DNA of 64,000 nt, from contig CAVZJT010000007.1 in assembly GCA_963775655.1 (NCBI GenBank), forward strand, positions 680,230 to 744,229, read 5' to 3'. Positions 34,004 through 42,331 of the stretch are shown here, piece by piece. How positions within the stretch are numbered: position 1 is the first letter of the stretch; each line of letters begins with the position of its first letter. The position numbers were made by a program, and so were the translations under genes. This DNA is from an uncultured Actinomycetota bacterium. Lineage in GTDB: Bacteria; Actinomycetota; Actinomycetes; Mycobacteriales; QHCD01. The notes beneath the pieces are model-generated. The model saw nothing but the letters and a program-made list of their open reading frames with translations. It had not been told where the DNA came from and did not search any database.

Positions 34004-34332
34004 GCGGTCGCGCTCCCTTGCGGTGACGGGACGGTCCCGAGGGGGTCGGAGGTCCTCAAGGACCGTGCGTGATGATCACCTACCACCCTAGTCCCGTCGT
34101 CCTCCGACGGCCCGGGTGCCTGCACCTCCCCCTTGCCGTCTTGTTGCCGTCCGGGCCGAGGGCGAAACCTCCCGATCCGGCGCGCCGGTCGACCGGTCGC
34201 GCTGGCCCGACCCGCACCCGGGAGGGTCGGCTGCCCGGATTACAGTGATCGGGTCACACCGCCGAGTCCATGAGGTGCCCTTCCCGTGTCCCGCCCCGCC
34301 GTCACCGGCAGCAGTGCGATGAGGGGCACCGG

Positions 34333-35244
34333 GTGACCGCCTACGCCGGGTCGCTGCCACCGCAGCGCACGGTCGGCTCGGTACTGCGGGCCTATCTGGC
34401 CCTGACCAAGCCGCGGATCATCGAGCTCCTGCTGGTCACCACCGTTCCGACGATGATGCTGGCCGCGCGCGGGCTGCCGTCCTGGACGACCGTCGGCGCG
34501 ACGCTGCTCGGCGGCGCGCTCGCCGCAGGCAGTGCCAACGCGCTCAACTGCTACATCGACCGCGACATCGACCAGCTGATGCGCCGTACCGAGCGTCGGC
34601 CGTTGGCCCGCCATCTCGTCCCGCCGCGCAACGCGCTGGCCTTCGGGGTGACGCTCGGAGTGCTCGCCACCGTGTGGCTCGCGCTGACGACCAATGTGCT
34701 GTCGGCGGCGCTCGCCGACGCGGCGATCCTCTTCTACGTCTTCGTCTACTCACTCGGCCTCAAGCGGCGTACGCCGCAGAACATCGTCTGGGGCGGGGCG
34801 GCCGGCTGCATGCCGGTCCTGATCGGCTGGTCGACGGTCACCGGCACGGTCTCGTGGGCGGCCGCGACGCTGTTCCTGGTGATCTTCTTCTGGACCCCGC
34901 CGCACTTCTGGGCGCTCGGCATGCGCTTCCGCGACGACTACGCCGCCGCCGGCGTCCCGATGCTGCCGGTGGTTGCCTCGCCCGAGGTCGTCGCCCGCCG
35001 CATCGTCATCTACACCTGGGTGCTGGTCGTGACGTCGGTGGTCCTCTGGCCGCTCGCCACGTCCTGGATCTACGGCGGCTCCGCGATCGTGCTCGGCGTG
35101 ATCTTCCTCTGGCACGCCTACCAGTTGCGCGCACAGGCCCGGGCCGGTGGGCGCATCACCTCGCTACGGCTGTTCCGCTGGTCCAACACGTATCTGTCGC
35201 TGCTCTTCCTCGCCCTCGCCGTCGACTCTCTGGTGCTGCACTAG
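34333..35244 (+). CDS. ctaB: protoheme IX farnesyltransferase (heme O synthase)
   Basis: GTG at 34333 (V22 of the track ORF) after [23 protein letters not shown]...[20 protein letters not shown]...[11 protein letters not shown]. Confidence 0.93.
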   Translation: MTAYAGSLPPQRTVGSVLRAYLALTKPRIIELLLVTTVPTMMLAARGLPSWTTVGATLLGGALAAGSANALNCYIDRDIDQLMRRTERRPLARHLVPPRNALAFGVTLGVLATVWLALTTNVLSAALADAAILFYVFVYSLGLKRRTPQNIVWGGAAGCMPVLIGWSTVTGTVSWAAATLFLVIFFWTPPHFWALGMRFRDDYAAAGVPMLPVVASPEVVARRIVIYTWVLVVTSVVLWPLATSWIYGGSAIVLGVIFLWHAYQLRAQARAGGRITSLRLFRWSNTYLSLLFLALAVDSLVLH

Positions 35245-35263
35245 CCGCATTACGGCGAGTGTG

Positions 35264-35292
35264 TTGACCCGGCGGTCCGGGGGGCCCACCAT
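35264..35292 (+). promoter_or_regulatory. candidate promoter of the RiPP cassette (-35 TTGACC, 17-nt spacer, -10 CACCAT)
   Basis: TTGACC is at 35264-35269 and CACCAT at 35287-35292, in the 89-nt gap after ctaB. A GGTAC-N5-GTACC dyad follows at 35296-35310, then AGGAG (35321-35325). Confidence 0.3.
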
Positions 35293-35333
35293 TCGGGTAC
35301 AGGTGGTACCGGGTTCCCGCAGGAGTGTGGGTC

Positions 35334-36158
35334 ATGGCGGTGGATTTCGACGGGACCGGCATCGCCCGGTCGCACATCATGCAGATCCCGGGCGACCGCG
35401 CCGCGGCCTACGTCACCCGGATGCGCGCGAGCAGTCCGGACTTCCGTGACCTACTGGTCCACTTCGAGGAGCGCGGCTTCCGCTTCGACGTGGACCGCGT
35501 GCGGGTCTTCGTCTACCTCGCCGACTCGGTCGACGGCGACGTCCCGACCGCCCACGTGTTGGGCATCCTGCCGAGCTACGGCGTCGCGTTCGCGACCGAC
35601 GCCGGCCACCAGGCGGTGTCGATCGGAGTGCACGACAGCGGATCGGCCATCGCCGGCATGGTCGACGTCGAGCACAACCCCTACCGGTTGATCCGGTTCG
35701 CCACCGTCATCCCCGCCGGGGAGGGCGAGCGGCCGGTCGAGCACTCGGTCGGCGCCGAGGAGCTCGGGTCGTTGTCCGCGCTCGAGATCGCCTCGCGGCT
35801 CGGCCCGCATCCGATCCGCGTGGTCGACCCGGTGCCGGCTCCGGCGACACTCGACCTGCCCGACCTGAGTGCGCTGTCGGCGATGCTGTTCCGTGAGCTG
35901 CTCGACGATCCGCAGACCCGGCCGATGTATCCGGCGTCGGCGATCGAGGCGCTGCTGGCGCAGACCCCACTGGTGCAGAAGTTCGCCACCGTCAACGCGC
36001 TGCAGCAGGGCGAGGCGGTGCGCCAGGTCGTACTGGGCATCGCCGACCCGGCGGCGGCCCGGACCATTCGCGGCGCGTGCAGCTGCTCCACCAGCTGCAA
36101 CGCGTGTACATCGACGTCGTGCAGCATCACCATCGGCAAAGCCACCAGCGTGCAGTGA
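35334..36158 (+). CDS. putative azole-RiPP precursor/substrate protein: 248-aa Cys-free N-terminal region plus Cys/Ser/Thr-rich C-terminal core
   Basis: ATG at 35334 lies 8 nt after AGGAG. Uninterrupted GC3-rich frame ending ...AAARTIRGA-CSCSTSCNACTSTSCSITIGKATSVQ. The stop overlaps the next gene's GTG (GTGA). Confidence 0.75.
   Translation: MAVDFDGTGIARSHIMQIPGDRAAAYVTRMRASSPDFRDLLVHFEERGFRFDVDRVRVFVYLADSVDGDVPTAHVLGILPSYGVAFATDAGHQAVSIGVHDSGSAIAGMVDVEHNPYRLIRFATVIPAGEGERPVEHSVGAEELGSLSALEIASRLGPHPIRVVDPVPAPATLDLPDLSALSAMLFRELLDDPQTRPMYPASAIEALLAQTPLVQKFATVNALQQGEAVRQVVLGIADPAAARTIRGACSCSTSCNACTSTSCSITIGKATSVQ
36078..36155 (+). other. predicted core region CSCSTSCNACTSTSCSITIGKATSVQ
   Basis: All 5 Cys of the protein are here. 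14 of the first 16 residues are Cys, Ser or Thr. Preceded by Gly-Ala. Confidence 0.65.
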
Positions 36159-37123
36159 GCGTCGAGCCGGATCCACCGTCCCACCACCCGGTCGTCGATC
36201 GCGCCGTCCGCGACCGGGTGCTCGCCGTACCGGATCTGCCCGCGACGACGGCGGACGCGCTCCGGCTCCTCGACCAGCTGCTGGACGGCCAACGGCCCGG
36301 CGGGGACGCGCTCGGGGCGGCGCTGACCGGCGGGCTCGAGCCCGCCGCGGTGGCCGACGCATGGGGGCGGCTCGTCGCGGCCGGGGCGTTGCGGGAAGGG
36401 CCGGATGCGACGCCCACCGACGCCAGGTGGGGGGACTATGCCGACCAAGCGCGCACGCTGGCCGTCCTCGCCTACGCCGAACGGGACGCGGAGGCGAGTG
36501 CGTGGCAGCGCGCCGGCGGCGAGCTGCAGGAACGGCTGGCCGCGGCCGCCGTCGTCGTCGCCGGTGCCGGCAGCGCGTGGCGCCGGGTCGCCGAGGATCT
36601 CGAGGCGGCCGGGGTCGGCACGCTGTCACCGGTCGGCGACGCCGACCTGACGGTGCCCGGGCGCTGTGATCTCGTCGTGCACGTCAGCGACGATCCGCGC
36701 CCGGAGCGTCGGTTGCAGATCGGCCGGTCGCTGACCCGGGCCGGCGTACCCGCGGTGTTCTATCACCGCGATCAGGGCGACATCGTGGTCGGTCCGTTCG
36801 TCTACCCGGGCCAGACCGCGTGCGTGGAGTGCGTGGAGTTGCGCCGCGCGGCGGCCCGCAGCCACTGGGCGCCGGGTGGCGAGCCCACGGCTCCACCGCT
36901 GCTCCGGTTTCCGGTCGGCACGGATCTGCTCGCGCTCGACGTGGTGAAGTTTCTCAGCGAGGCGGCGCTGCCGGCGACGAGGGGCCGGATCGTGCGGTTC
37001 GACCTGCGGGTCGGCGTACCGAGCGTGCATCCCGTGCTCCGGCTGCCGCGGTGCCCGGCCTGCGGAGTCGGGCCGGCCGCGCCGGTACGTCGGCTGTGGT
37101 CCGCCGCCGACGCCGGGTCGTGA
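36155..37123 (+). CDS. E1/ThiF-like partner of the cyclodehydratase (TOMM C protein, leader-binding scaffold)
   Basis: GTG at 36155 (V27 of the track ORF). Rossmann-like VVVAGAGSAWRRVAEDLEAAGVG. Paired zinc-type motifs CVECV and CPACG. Confidence 0.75.
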   Translation: MSVEPDPPSHHPVVDRAVRDRVLAVPDLPATTADALRLLDQLLDGQRPGGDALGAALTGGLEPAAVADAWGRLVAAGALREGPDATPTDARWGDYADQARTLAVLAYAERDAEASAWQRAGGELQERLAAAAVVVAGAGSAWRRVAEDLEAAGVGTLSPVGDADLTVPGRCDLVVHVSDDPRPERRLQIGRSLTRAGVPAVFYHRDQGDIVVGPFVYPGQTACVECVELRRAAARSHWAPGGEPTAPPLLRFPVGTDLLALDVVKFLSEAALPATRGRIVRFDLRVGVPSVHPVLRLPRCPACGVGPAAPVRRLWSAADAGS

Positions 37124-38427
37124 CCGCCGCACGCCGCCCGGCCGACCTGGTCGACGGTTACGTCGGACTGGTCACCGACCTCGTCCAGGTGCCGGTCGGC
37201 GCGGCCGACCCGGCCGTGCACGTGGTCGGCGGACGGGTCGCCGACCTGGCGTGTTACGGCGTCGACGTCACCGCCGAGGTCAACGGCAGCGGAGCGGGGA
37301 TGACCCTCGCCGACGCCACGAGTGCCGCAGTGGGGGAGTCCTTCGAGCGCTACGCGTGCTGCCTGCCGCCGCCGGGCGGCCTGATCGCCGGGAGCTACGC
37401 GGACCTGAGCGACCGGGCCGACGCCGATCCGGTGGAGCCGGGACGGTGGGCGCTCTTCGATCCGGGCCAGCAGGTTCCTTTTCCGCACTTCGACGAGCAC
37501 ACTCCGCTGACCTGGGTGACCGGCTGGAGCCTGACGCGGCAGCGGGCGCGGCTCGTCCCGGCCTGTCTCGTCTACTTCGGGCCGGACGCCGACCTGCGCC
37601 CCGACGGCTGCGTCACGATCGCGCCCGCGGTGTCCACCGGCGCCGCCTGCGACAGCACCTCGACCGGCGCGACGGTGCGCGGACTGCTCGAACTGATCGA
37701 GCGGGACGCGGTGCTGATCCACTGGCGCAACCGCATCACGCCCCGCCGGCTGCGGATCGACCCGGCGAGCGGGCTCGCCGCCGACTTCACCGACGTCTTC
37801 GCCCGGCCGGGTCTGCGCTACGAGCTCTACGACGTCTCCCTGGACCTGCCGGCCACCGCCGTGCTCGGAACGCTCACCGACGAGCGCCGCAACCCGCCGG
37901 CGGTGTTCGCCGCCGGTGCGGCGCACCCGGATCCGGAGACCGCTGTGCGCAAGACGCTGGTGGAGCTGGTGCAGGGGCTGCGGTGGGGTGACCAGACGAC
38001 CGGGCGCACCGTCGAGCCGCTCCCCGGGTTCGTCAACATCCGCAGTTTCGAGGACCGGATGCGGCTTTACTCCGGCAACGACCTGAGCGAGGCGTTCGCG
38101 TTCCTGCAGTCGCCGGCCGCTCCGCTCGACCTCAGCACGGTGGCGCGCTCGCGCGAGCCGACCATCGACGTCCTCGGCCGCCTCGTCTCCGGGCTCGGCG
38201 ACCGCGACCTCGACGTCATCGCCGTCGACATCACGACCGACGACCTCGCCGAGTGCGGGGTCGTCGTGGTGAAGACGCTGGTGCCCGGCCTGACCACTAT
38301 GGAGGGCGACCACACCGCGCCGTTCCTCGGCGGCCGGCGGTGGCGGCGACTCCCGGTCGAGCTCGGACTGCTCGATCGGGAGCGCGAACCCGCCGAGCTC
38401 AACCCGTATCCGCACCCCTACCCGTGA
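37120..38427 (+). CDS. YcaO-domain azoline-forming cyclodehydratase (TOMM D protein)
   Basis: GTG at 37120 (V101 of the track ORF) forms a GTGA overlap with the upstream stop. AAVGESFERYA, STGAACDST...RGLLELIERDA, and a terminal proline-rich NPYPHPYP (PxPxP-type) C-terminus. Confidence 0.88.
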   Translation: MTAARRPADLVDGYVGLVTDLVQVPVGAADPAVHVVGGRVADLACYGVDVTAEVNGSGAGMTLADATSAAVGESFERYACCLPPPGGLIAGSYADLSDRADADPVEPGRWALFDPGQQVPFPHFDEHTPLTWVTGWSLTRQRARLVPACLVYFGPDADLRPDGCVTIAPAVSTGAACDSTSTGATVRGLLELIERDAVLIHWRNRITPRRLRIDPASGLAADFTDVFARPGLRYELYDVSLDLPATAVLGTLTDERRNPPAVFAAGAAHPDPETAVRKTLVELVQGLRWGDQTTGRTVEPLPGFVNIRSFEDRMRLYSGNDLSEAFAFLQSPAAPLDLSTVARSREPTIDVLGRLVSGLGDRDLDVIAVDITTDDLAECGVVVVKTLVPGLTTMEGDHTAPFLGGRRWRRLPVELGLLDREREPAELNPYPHPYP

Positions 38428-38435
38428 GGTCGCCG

Positions 38436-39257
38436 ATGGAGGAGAACCGGGCACCGCTGCTCGACGAGGCTCCGGCCGACCTCTTCTCGCCCGCCGAGGT
38501 CTTCCACGAAGCCTCCAAGCTCCAGCCGACCGACATCGACCTCTTCCTCACCATCCGGATGGTCAGCGGGTCACCCGACATCCGCCGGGTGATCTCCCGT
38601 CCGGCCGCCCGGTGCGCCGGGCTGCCCGCGATCGACCTCCCCGCCCCCGCAGGGCTCGCGGACGTCACCGTCGGAGACGCGATCCGGCGCCGCCGGTCGC
38701 GGCGGGAGATGACGGGGGAGGCGGTGGGCATGGGCGAGATCGCGACGTTGCTGTACGCCGCCGCCGGGGTGGTGACGCGGTCGACCGACCCGGCGGACGG
38801 CACGACGTGGGGGTTGCGGACCACCCCGTCCGGCGGCGGGCTCTACCCGGTCGAGGTCTATTGCTGCGCGCTCGATGTGGCCGGCCTGCCGGCCGGCGTG
38901 TACGGCTACCTGCCCGCCTCCCACCAGATCGCCCAGCTCTACCCGGGCTCGACCCGGGCCGAGCTCGACACGGCGCTGAGCGTCCCCGACGTCGCCGACA
39001 CCGCGGCGGCCTGCATCGTGCTGTCCGGTGTCCCGCGCCGTACCGCATTCAAGTACGGCGAGCGCGGCTACCGCTTCGAGCTGCTCGAGTCCGGGCACGC
39101 GTGCCAGAACCTGCTGCTCGCCTCGGCGGCGCTCGATCTCGCCGCGGTCCCGATCGGCGGATTCCTCGACGACGCGCTCAACGACATCCTGCGCGTCGAC
39201 GGGCTCACCGAACACGCGCTGTACGCGATTCCGGTCGGACGACCGGCGGCGGACTGA
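38436..39257 (+). CDS. SagB-type FMN-dependent azoline dehydrogenase (TOMM B protein, nitroreductase fold)
   Basis: ATG at 38436 (M62 of the track ORF) after GAGG. RRRSRREMTGE..., PSGGGLYPVEVY, RTAFKYGERGYRFELLESGHACQNLLLA (Lys-Tyr motif). Confidence 0.88.
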   Translation: MEENRAPLLDEAPADLFSPAEVFHEASKLQPTDIDLFLTIRMVSGSPDIRRVISRPAARCAGLPAIDLPAPAGLADVTVGDAIRRRRSRREMTGEAVGMGEIATLLYAAAGVVTRSTDPADGTTWGLRTTPSGGGLYPVEVYCCALDVAGLPAGVYGYLPASHQIAQLYPGSTRAELDTALSVPDVADTAAACIVLSGVPRRTAFKYGERGYRFELLESGHACQNLLLASAALDLAAVPIGGFLDDALNDILRVDGLTEHALYAIPVGRPAAD

Positions 39258-39274
39258 CCCGACCCGGACGTGAT

Positions 39275-39312
39275 ACGGCCCGGCCGCGGGCTGGTGCCCA
39301 CGGCCGGGCCGT
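39275..39312. terminator. bidirectional hairpin between the convergent dehydrogenase and pepD genes
   Basis: Perfect 12-bp arms ACGGCCCGGCCG / CGGCCGGGCCGT with a 14-nt loop, 18 nt after the dehydrogenase stop. Confidence 0.55.
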
Positions 39313-39368
39313 CTGGGGAGAGGCCGGTCCCCGATCAGTGACCTTGTTGTTTCGCCAGTGACCTCTGA

Positions 39369-40856
39369 TCAGTGGCCCTTGTCCGAGCCGAGCGTGACGG
39401 TGACGGTGTGGGTGGCTCCGTCCCGCTCGTAGGTGACGGTGACCGCGTCGCCCGGCCGGTTGGCCCGGACCGCGGCGACCAGCGCGTCCGCGGAGTCGAT
39501 CTCCCGGTCGCCGAGCTTGGTCACCACGTCACCCTGCCGCAGGCCGGCCTTGGCGGCCGCTCCGCTGCCGGTGACCGCGGCGAGCTTCGCTCCGGTCGGG
39601 GTGGCGCCGTTGCTGCTCGCGTCGGTGACGCTGACGCCGAGTTGTGCGTGGCTCGCCGTACCGGAGTTGACCAGCTGGTCGACGATGGGCCGCGCCTCGT
39701 CGATCGGGATCGCGAAGCCGACGCCGATCGAGCCGGACTGCTGTCCACCGCCGGCGTCGCTGCCGCCGAGGCTCGCGATCGCGGAGTTGATGCCCACGAC
39801 CTGACCCTGCATGTTGACCAGCGCCCCGCCGGAGTTGCCGGGGTTGATCGCGGCGTCGGTCTGGATGGCGTCGATGACCGTGGCCTGGGGTGACCCGCTG
39901 GACGGGGCCTGATTCGGGCTCTGCTGCGACGAGTCACTGGTCTGCACCGGCCGGTTCAGCGCGCTGACGATGCCCGACGTCACGGTGCCGGACAGGCCGA
40001 GCGGCGAGCCGATCGCCACGACCGGCTGACCGACCGCGAGGCCGGTGGACTTGCCGAGGCTGGCCGGGTGCAGTCCCTGCACGTCCTTGGCCTTGATCAC
40101 GGCGAGGTCGGTCGTCGGATCGCGTCCGACGATGGTCGCCGGCACGGTCTTGCCGTTGTTGAAGGTGACGGTGAGCGTGGCCGACGCGGAGCTCTGCGAG
40201 CCGAGGGCGCCGTTGCCGCTGCCACTGTTGGCGGCGGCGGCCGCCGCCACGACGTGGTTGTTGGTGAGGATCTGGCCGTCCGAGGACAGGATGATGCCCG
40301 AGCCCTCGTCGCCGCCGTCGCTGGTGGCGACGGTGATCGACACGACGCTGGGGAGCACCCCGGCGGCGACCTGCTGCACGGAACCGGCCGGGGCCCTGTT
40401 CGCGGCATTGTTGGAGACCGGCGGTGCGGCGAGCGAGCTCACCACGGTCTTGGTGCCACCGCCGAAGTGGTTTTCGACCGCGGCGCCGACGCCACCGCCG
40501 ACGAGGGCGACGACGAGGAGCGCCACGGTGGCCGCGGCGATGCGGCGGCGGCGAGGCTGCGGGGCACCGGCCGCCGGACCGTAGGTCGAGTAGCCGTACG
40601 GCGGAGGTGGCGGGGGTGGCTGCTGACTCCAGCCGGGGCCGGTCTGGTGCCAGGCGGGTGACCACGGCGACGGTTCGTCCGCCGGGGTACGGGGACCGGG
40701 CGGCAGGGCCGAGGTCGGGTGGGTCTCATCCGCGCCGCCGGCTCCGGCGGCGAAGGGCCAGTCGGAGCGGGGCGCGGGGCCGCCGGCGCCCGGCTGGGTG
40801 GTGCCATCGTCCTGCGGATACGGACGTGGCTCGTCCGGACGGTGATCGTCTGTCAT
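39369..40856 (-). CDS. pepD: HtrA/PepD-like trypsin-fold serine protease with PDZ domain
   Basis: ATG at 40856 (M144 of the track ORF). Pro-rich cytoplasmic N-terminus, one TM span, TNNHVV, DLAVIK, GNSGGALVN catalytic motifs, and a C-terminal PDZ domain. Confidence 0.88.
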   Translation of the reverse strand: MTDDHRPDEPRPYPQDDGTTQPGAGGPAPRSDWPFAAGAGGADETHPTSALPPGPRTPADEPSPWSPAWHQTGPGWSQQPPPPPPPYGYSTYGPAAGAPQPRRRRIAAATVALLVVALVGGGVGAAVENHFGGGTKTVVSSLAAPPVSNNAANRAPAGSVQQVAAGVLPSVVSITVATSDGGDEGSGIILSSDGQILTNNHVVAAAAAANSGSGNGALGSQSSASATLTVTFNNGKTVPATIVGRDPTTDLAVIKAKDVQGLHPASLGKSTGLAVGQPVVAIGSPLGLSGTVTSGIVSALNRPVQTSDSSQQSPNQAPSSGSPQATVIDAIQTDAAINPGNSGGALVNMQGQVVGINSAIASLGGSDAGGGQQSGSIGVGFAIPIDEARPIVDQLVNSGTASHAQLGVSVTDASSNGATPTGAKLAAVTGSGAAAKAGLRQGDVVTKLGDREIDSADALVAAVRANRPGDAVTVTYERDGATHTVTVTLGSDKGH

Positions 40857-40876
40857 GGCCACAGCGTGGTCCGCCA

Positions 40877-40895
40877 GCCTGAGAGGACCCTGAAA
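40877..40895 (-). promoter_or_regulatory. MprA-box-like 8-3-8 direct repeat TTTCAGGG-TCC-TCTCAGGC upstream of pepD
   Basis: Minus-strand reading. Followed by 8 nt, CACGCT (40868-40863), 6 nt, then the pepD ATG. Same geometry as the mprA box. Confidence 0.45.
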
Positions 40896-40936
40896 GCGGG
40901 CTGAAGTATGCAGAAGACTTTGCGATCGGCGCGCGG

Positions 40937-42331
40937 TCAGGTGCGCGCCGGCGCGTGGCCCGGCAGCCGCAGCGTGAACAGCGCCCCGCCGCCCGGCGCC
41001 GTACCGGCCGCGACCACCCCGCCGTGCCGGTCCGCCGCCTGCCGGACGATGGCCAGCCCGAGACCCGACCCGGGCAACCCCCGCGCGTCGACGGCGCGGT
41101 AGAAGCGGTCGAAGACGTGGGGCAGGTCCGCGGGCGCGATCCCGGGGCCCTGGTCGGCGACCTGCATTACGCCGTCGCGCAGCGTGACGGTCACGGTCGC
41201 ACCGGGCGGGCTCCACTTCGCCGCGTTGTCGAGCAGGTTGGTCACCGCGCGTTCCAGCGCGGTCGGGTCGCCGATGACGATCCACGGTTCGACGGCCACC
41301 GCGTAGGCGAGTCCGGGTGCGCGCCGGCGTACCCGGTCGATCGCCCGGTCGATGACGGCGCGCAGGTCGATCGGTTCGGGCCGGATCGCGGGGGAGTCGG
41401 TGCGGGCCAGCTCGACCAGGTCGCCGACCAGCACGGTGAGCTCCTGCGCCTGCGCGCGGACGTCGGCGAGGAGTTCGTCGCGGTCGGCCGGGTCGAGCGT
41501 CGGACCGCCGGCGCGGGCGCTCTGGGCGAGCAGGTCGAGATTGGTGCGCAGGCTGGTCAGCGGCGTACGCAGCTCGTGACCGGCGTCGGCGACCAGTTGT
41601 CGCTGCCGCTCGCGGGACTGCTCGAGCGCCTCCAGCATCAGGTTGAAGCTGCGGGTCAGCCGAGCCAGCTCGTCGTCGCCCTGCACCGGGATCGAGGTCA
41701 GCTCCTGGGTGCGTGCGACGTGCTCGGTCGCGGCCGTGAGCCGCTCGACCGGGCGTAAGCCGGCGCGGGCGACGGCCAGGCCGGCGCAGGCGGCCACCAC
41801 GATCCCGGCCAGTCCGACGATCAGCAGGACGAGGGCGAGCCGACCCAGTTCGTGGTCGGTCGCGGTCGTGGACTGTGCCAGCACGAGTGCGAGACCAGGC
41901 CGCACCGGGACGGCGACGACGCGGTAGGTGACGCCGTCCTCGATCGCGCTGCGCAGCGACGTATGCACGATGCCGTTGGCGACGGCGGTCTCCGGCGAGC
42001 CGATCGGCGGCACCGGCGCGCCGGAGAAGACGATCCGGTCGCCGCCGGAGGTGACCAGCGCGACCCGGACGTCGGTGGCCAGGGCGAGCACGACGTCGGG
42101 GATCCGGCCGAACCTCGTGATGTCGTTGACGAGCTGGGTCTGGGCCGCGGCGGTGGCACGCTGCTCGAGGTTGCTGTCGAGGCGGCTGCGCAGCTCGTGC
42201 CGCACGGTGAGGTAGCCGGCGACCGACGCCATCGCCACCGCGAGGCCGACCGCGACGGCCACCAGCACGGTGATCCGGGTGCGCAGGTTGAGCCGGGTCC
42301 AGGCCATGCCGACCCGGGACGGTCTGCTCAC
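40937..42331 (-). CDS. mprB: two-component sensor histidine kinase (MprB-like)
   Basis: GTG at 42331 forms a GTGA overlap with the mprA stop (alternative ATG at 42307). Two TM spans, HAMP domain, H-box [14 protein letters not shown], ATPase G-boxes. Confidence 0.88.
   Translation of the reverse strand: MSRPSRVGMAWTRLNLRTRITVLVAVAVGLAVAMASVAGYLTVRHELRSRLDSNLEQRATAAAQTQLVNDITRFGRIPDVVLALATDVRVALVTSGGDRIVFSGAPVPPIGSPETAVANGIVHTSLRSAIEDGVTYRVVAVPVRPGLALVLAQSTTATDHELGRLALVLLIVGLAGIVVAACAGLAVARAGLRPVERLTAATEHVARTQELTSIPVQGDDELARLTRSFNLMLEALEQSRERQRQLVADAGHELRTPLTSLRTNLDLLAQSARAGGPTLDPADRDELLADVRAQAQELTVLVGDLVELARTDSPAIRPEPIDLRAVIDRAIDRVRRRAPGLAYAVAVEPWIVIGDPTALERAVTNLLDNAAKWSPPGATVTVTLRDGVMQVADQGPGIAPADLPHVFDRFYRAVDARGLPGSGLGLAIVRQAADRHGGVVAAGTAPGGGALFTLRLPGHAPART

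Noticed and set aside
34004-34332. A possible riboswitch or sRNA in the 329-bp tkt/ctaB divergent intergenic region, and in the 340-bp region at 47828-48165 upstream of the peptide ABC operon.
   Set aside because: Only short, weak dyads were seen (GGTCC-TCAA-GGACC, GTGA-N5-TCAC, CCGGC-ATGAC-GCCGG). There is nothing I can match to a known riboswitch class by eye, and the evidence is not enough to report a feature.
35883-36158. An internal ATG at 35883 that would give a conventional 91-aa precursor (MLFRELLDDPQTRPMYPAS...RGACSCSTSC...).
   Set aside because: This was not adopted as the primary call. There is no SD before 35883. The upstream 549 nt are in the same frame with equally strong GC3 bias, and a good AGGAG-N8-ATG sits at 35334. 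It remains an alternative that must be tested experimentally.
35451-36629. Minus-strand ORFs 35451..36629 (392 aa) and 35681..36448 (255 aa) opposite the precursor and the E1-like gene.
   Set aside because: Arg-, Pro- and Ala-dominated, with runs such as RRRRRRPRP. There is no SD. The + strand frames carry the recognisable motifs and the coding GC3 signal.
35334-39257. Classifying the cassette as a thiopeptide, goadsporin-like or lanthipeptide cluster because of the Ser/Thr/Cys-rich core.
   Set aside because: No LanB-type or split dehydratase, no [4+2] pyridine synthase, and no LanC/LanM/LanKC-like gene occurs in or near the cassette. Only the C, D and B azole-forming enzymes are present.
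34333-40856. Calling the RiPP cassette a horizontally acquired genomic island or mobile element.
   Set aside because: No integrase, transposase, tRNA, flanking direct repeats or obvious compositional break is visible by eye. Insertion is only inferred from the housekeeping nature of the neighbours and needs comparative genomics.
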